This document shows positions 63,869 through 64,000 of a stretch of DNA of 64,000 bases, one piece after another. The notes below the pieces were generated by a model, which did not search any database, was not told the origin of the DNA, and saw nothing but the letters and a program-made list of their open reading frames with translations. The position numbers were made by a program, and so were the translations under genes. The DNA comes from an uncultured Chloroflexia bacterium. GTDB lineage: Bacteria > Chloroflexota > Anaerolineae > B4-G1 > SLSP01. The stretch covers positions 128,001 through 192,000 of the forward strand of contig CAVVUS010000011.1 in the NCBI GenBank assembly GCA_963751345.1, given 5' to 3'. Numbering within the stretch: position 1 is the first letter of the stretch; every line of letters begins with the position of its first letter.

Positions 63869-64000
63869 GTCGGCTCTGGACCAGCCATAAGCGGTGGCGC
63901 CCGCATTTCTGTGAGGGGCGTCACCTCGTGACAGGGGACCGCGAGTGGCCGGCCCCGGCTAAAGGTGATCCGTCAGCAACCCGACGGGTCGGTTATTCAC

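Noticed and set aside
1-64000. CRISPR array, tRNA/rRNA, transposase, prophage or defence system
   Set aside because: No regularly spaced repeat-spacer array, RNA gene consensus or corresponding protein motifs were recognised by eye

Overview
High-GC bacterial chromosomal DNA. Gene content (MvaD-like decarboxylase, PyrF-PyrE fusion, MalT-like regulator, GT39 membrane protein, cNMP-PH membrane protein) suggests Chloroflexota, probably Anaerolineae; this is an inference. Roughly half of the genes carry single-base frameshifts that look like long-read indel errors, so several fused or split ORFs in the ORF track are artefacts. Order of blocks: SDR/amidohydrolase/3x Gfo-Idh-MocA/YbaK/AKR; orphan ABC binding protein and TspO; GNAT, PHP-type hydrolase, a glycyl radical enzyme with no activase in the window, and a UroD-family gene; pyrC-B-F/E-D-K; an 8-PAS histidine kinase with its response regulator; an atypical cbb3 oxidase cluster (one CcoN, two paralogous penta-heme CcoO fusions, no canonical CcoP) with CcoS, a DsbD_2-type protein and a Cu-ATPase; VIT1; AI-2E; a MalT-like activator, ABC exporter and degenerate stand-alone MalT ATPase domain; a Tat-exported group 1 NiFe hydrogenase with no anchor or cytochrome b; Zur-ZnuACB; housekeeping genes (mvaD-like, glgC, mrp, def, glycosyltransferases). 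Several REP-like palindromes are present. No rRNA, tRNA, CRISPR array or transposase was recognised. The best novelty candidates are the penta-heme cbb3 module, the GRE cluster, the hydrogenase N-terminal sorting-like motif, the MalT decoy and the CAD-like PyrC/PyrB.
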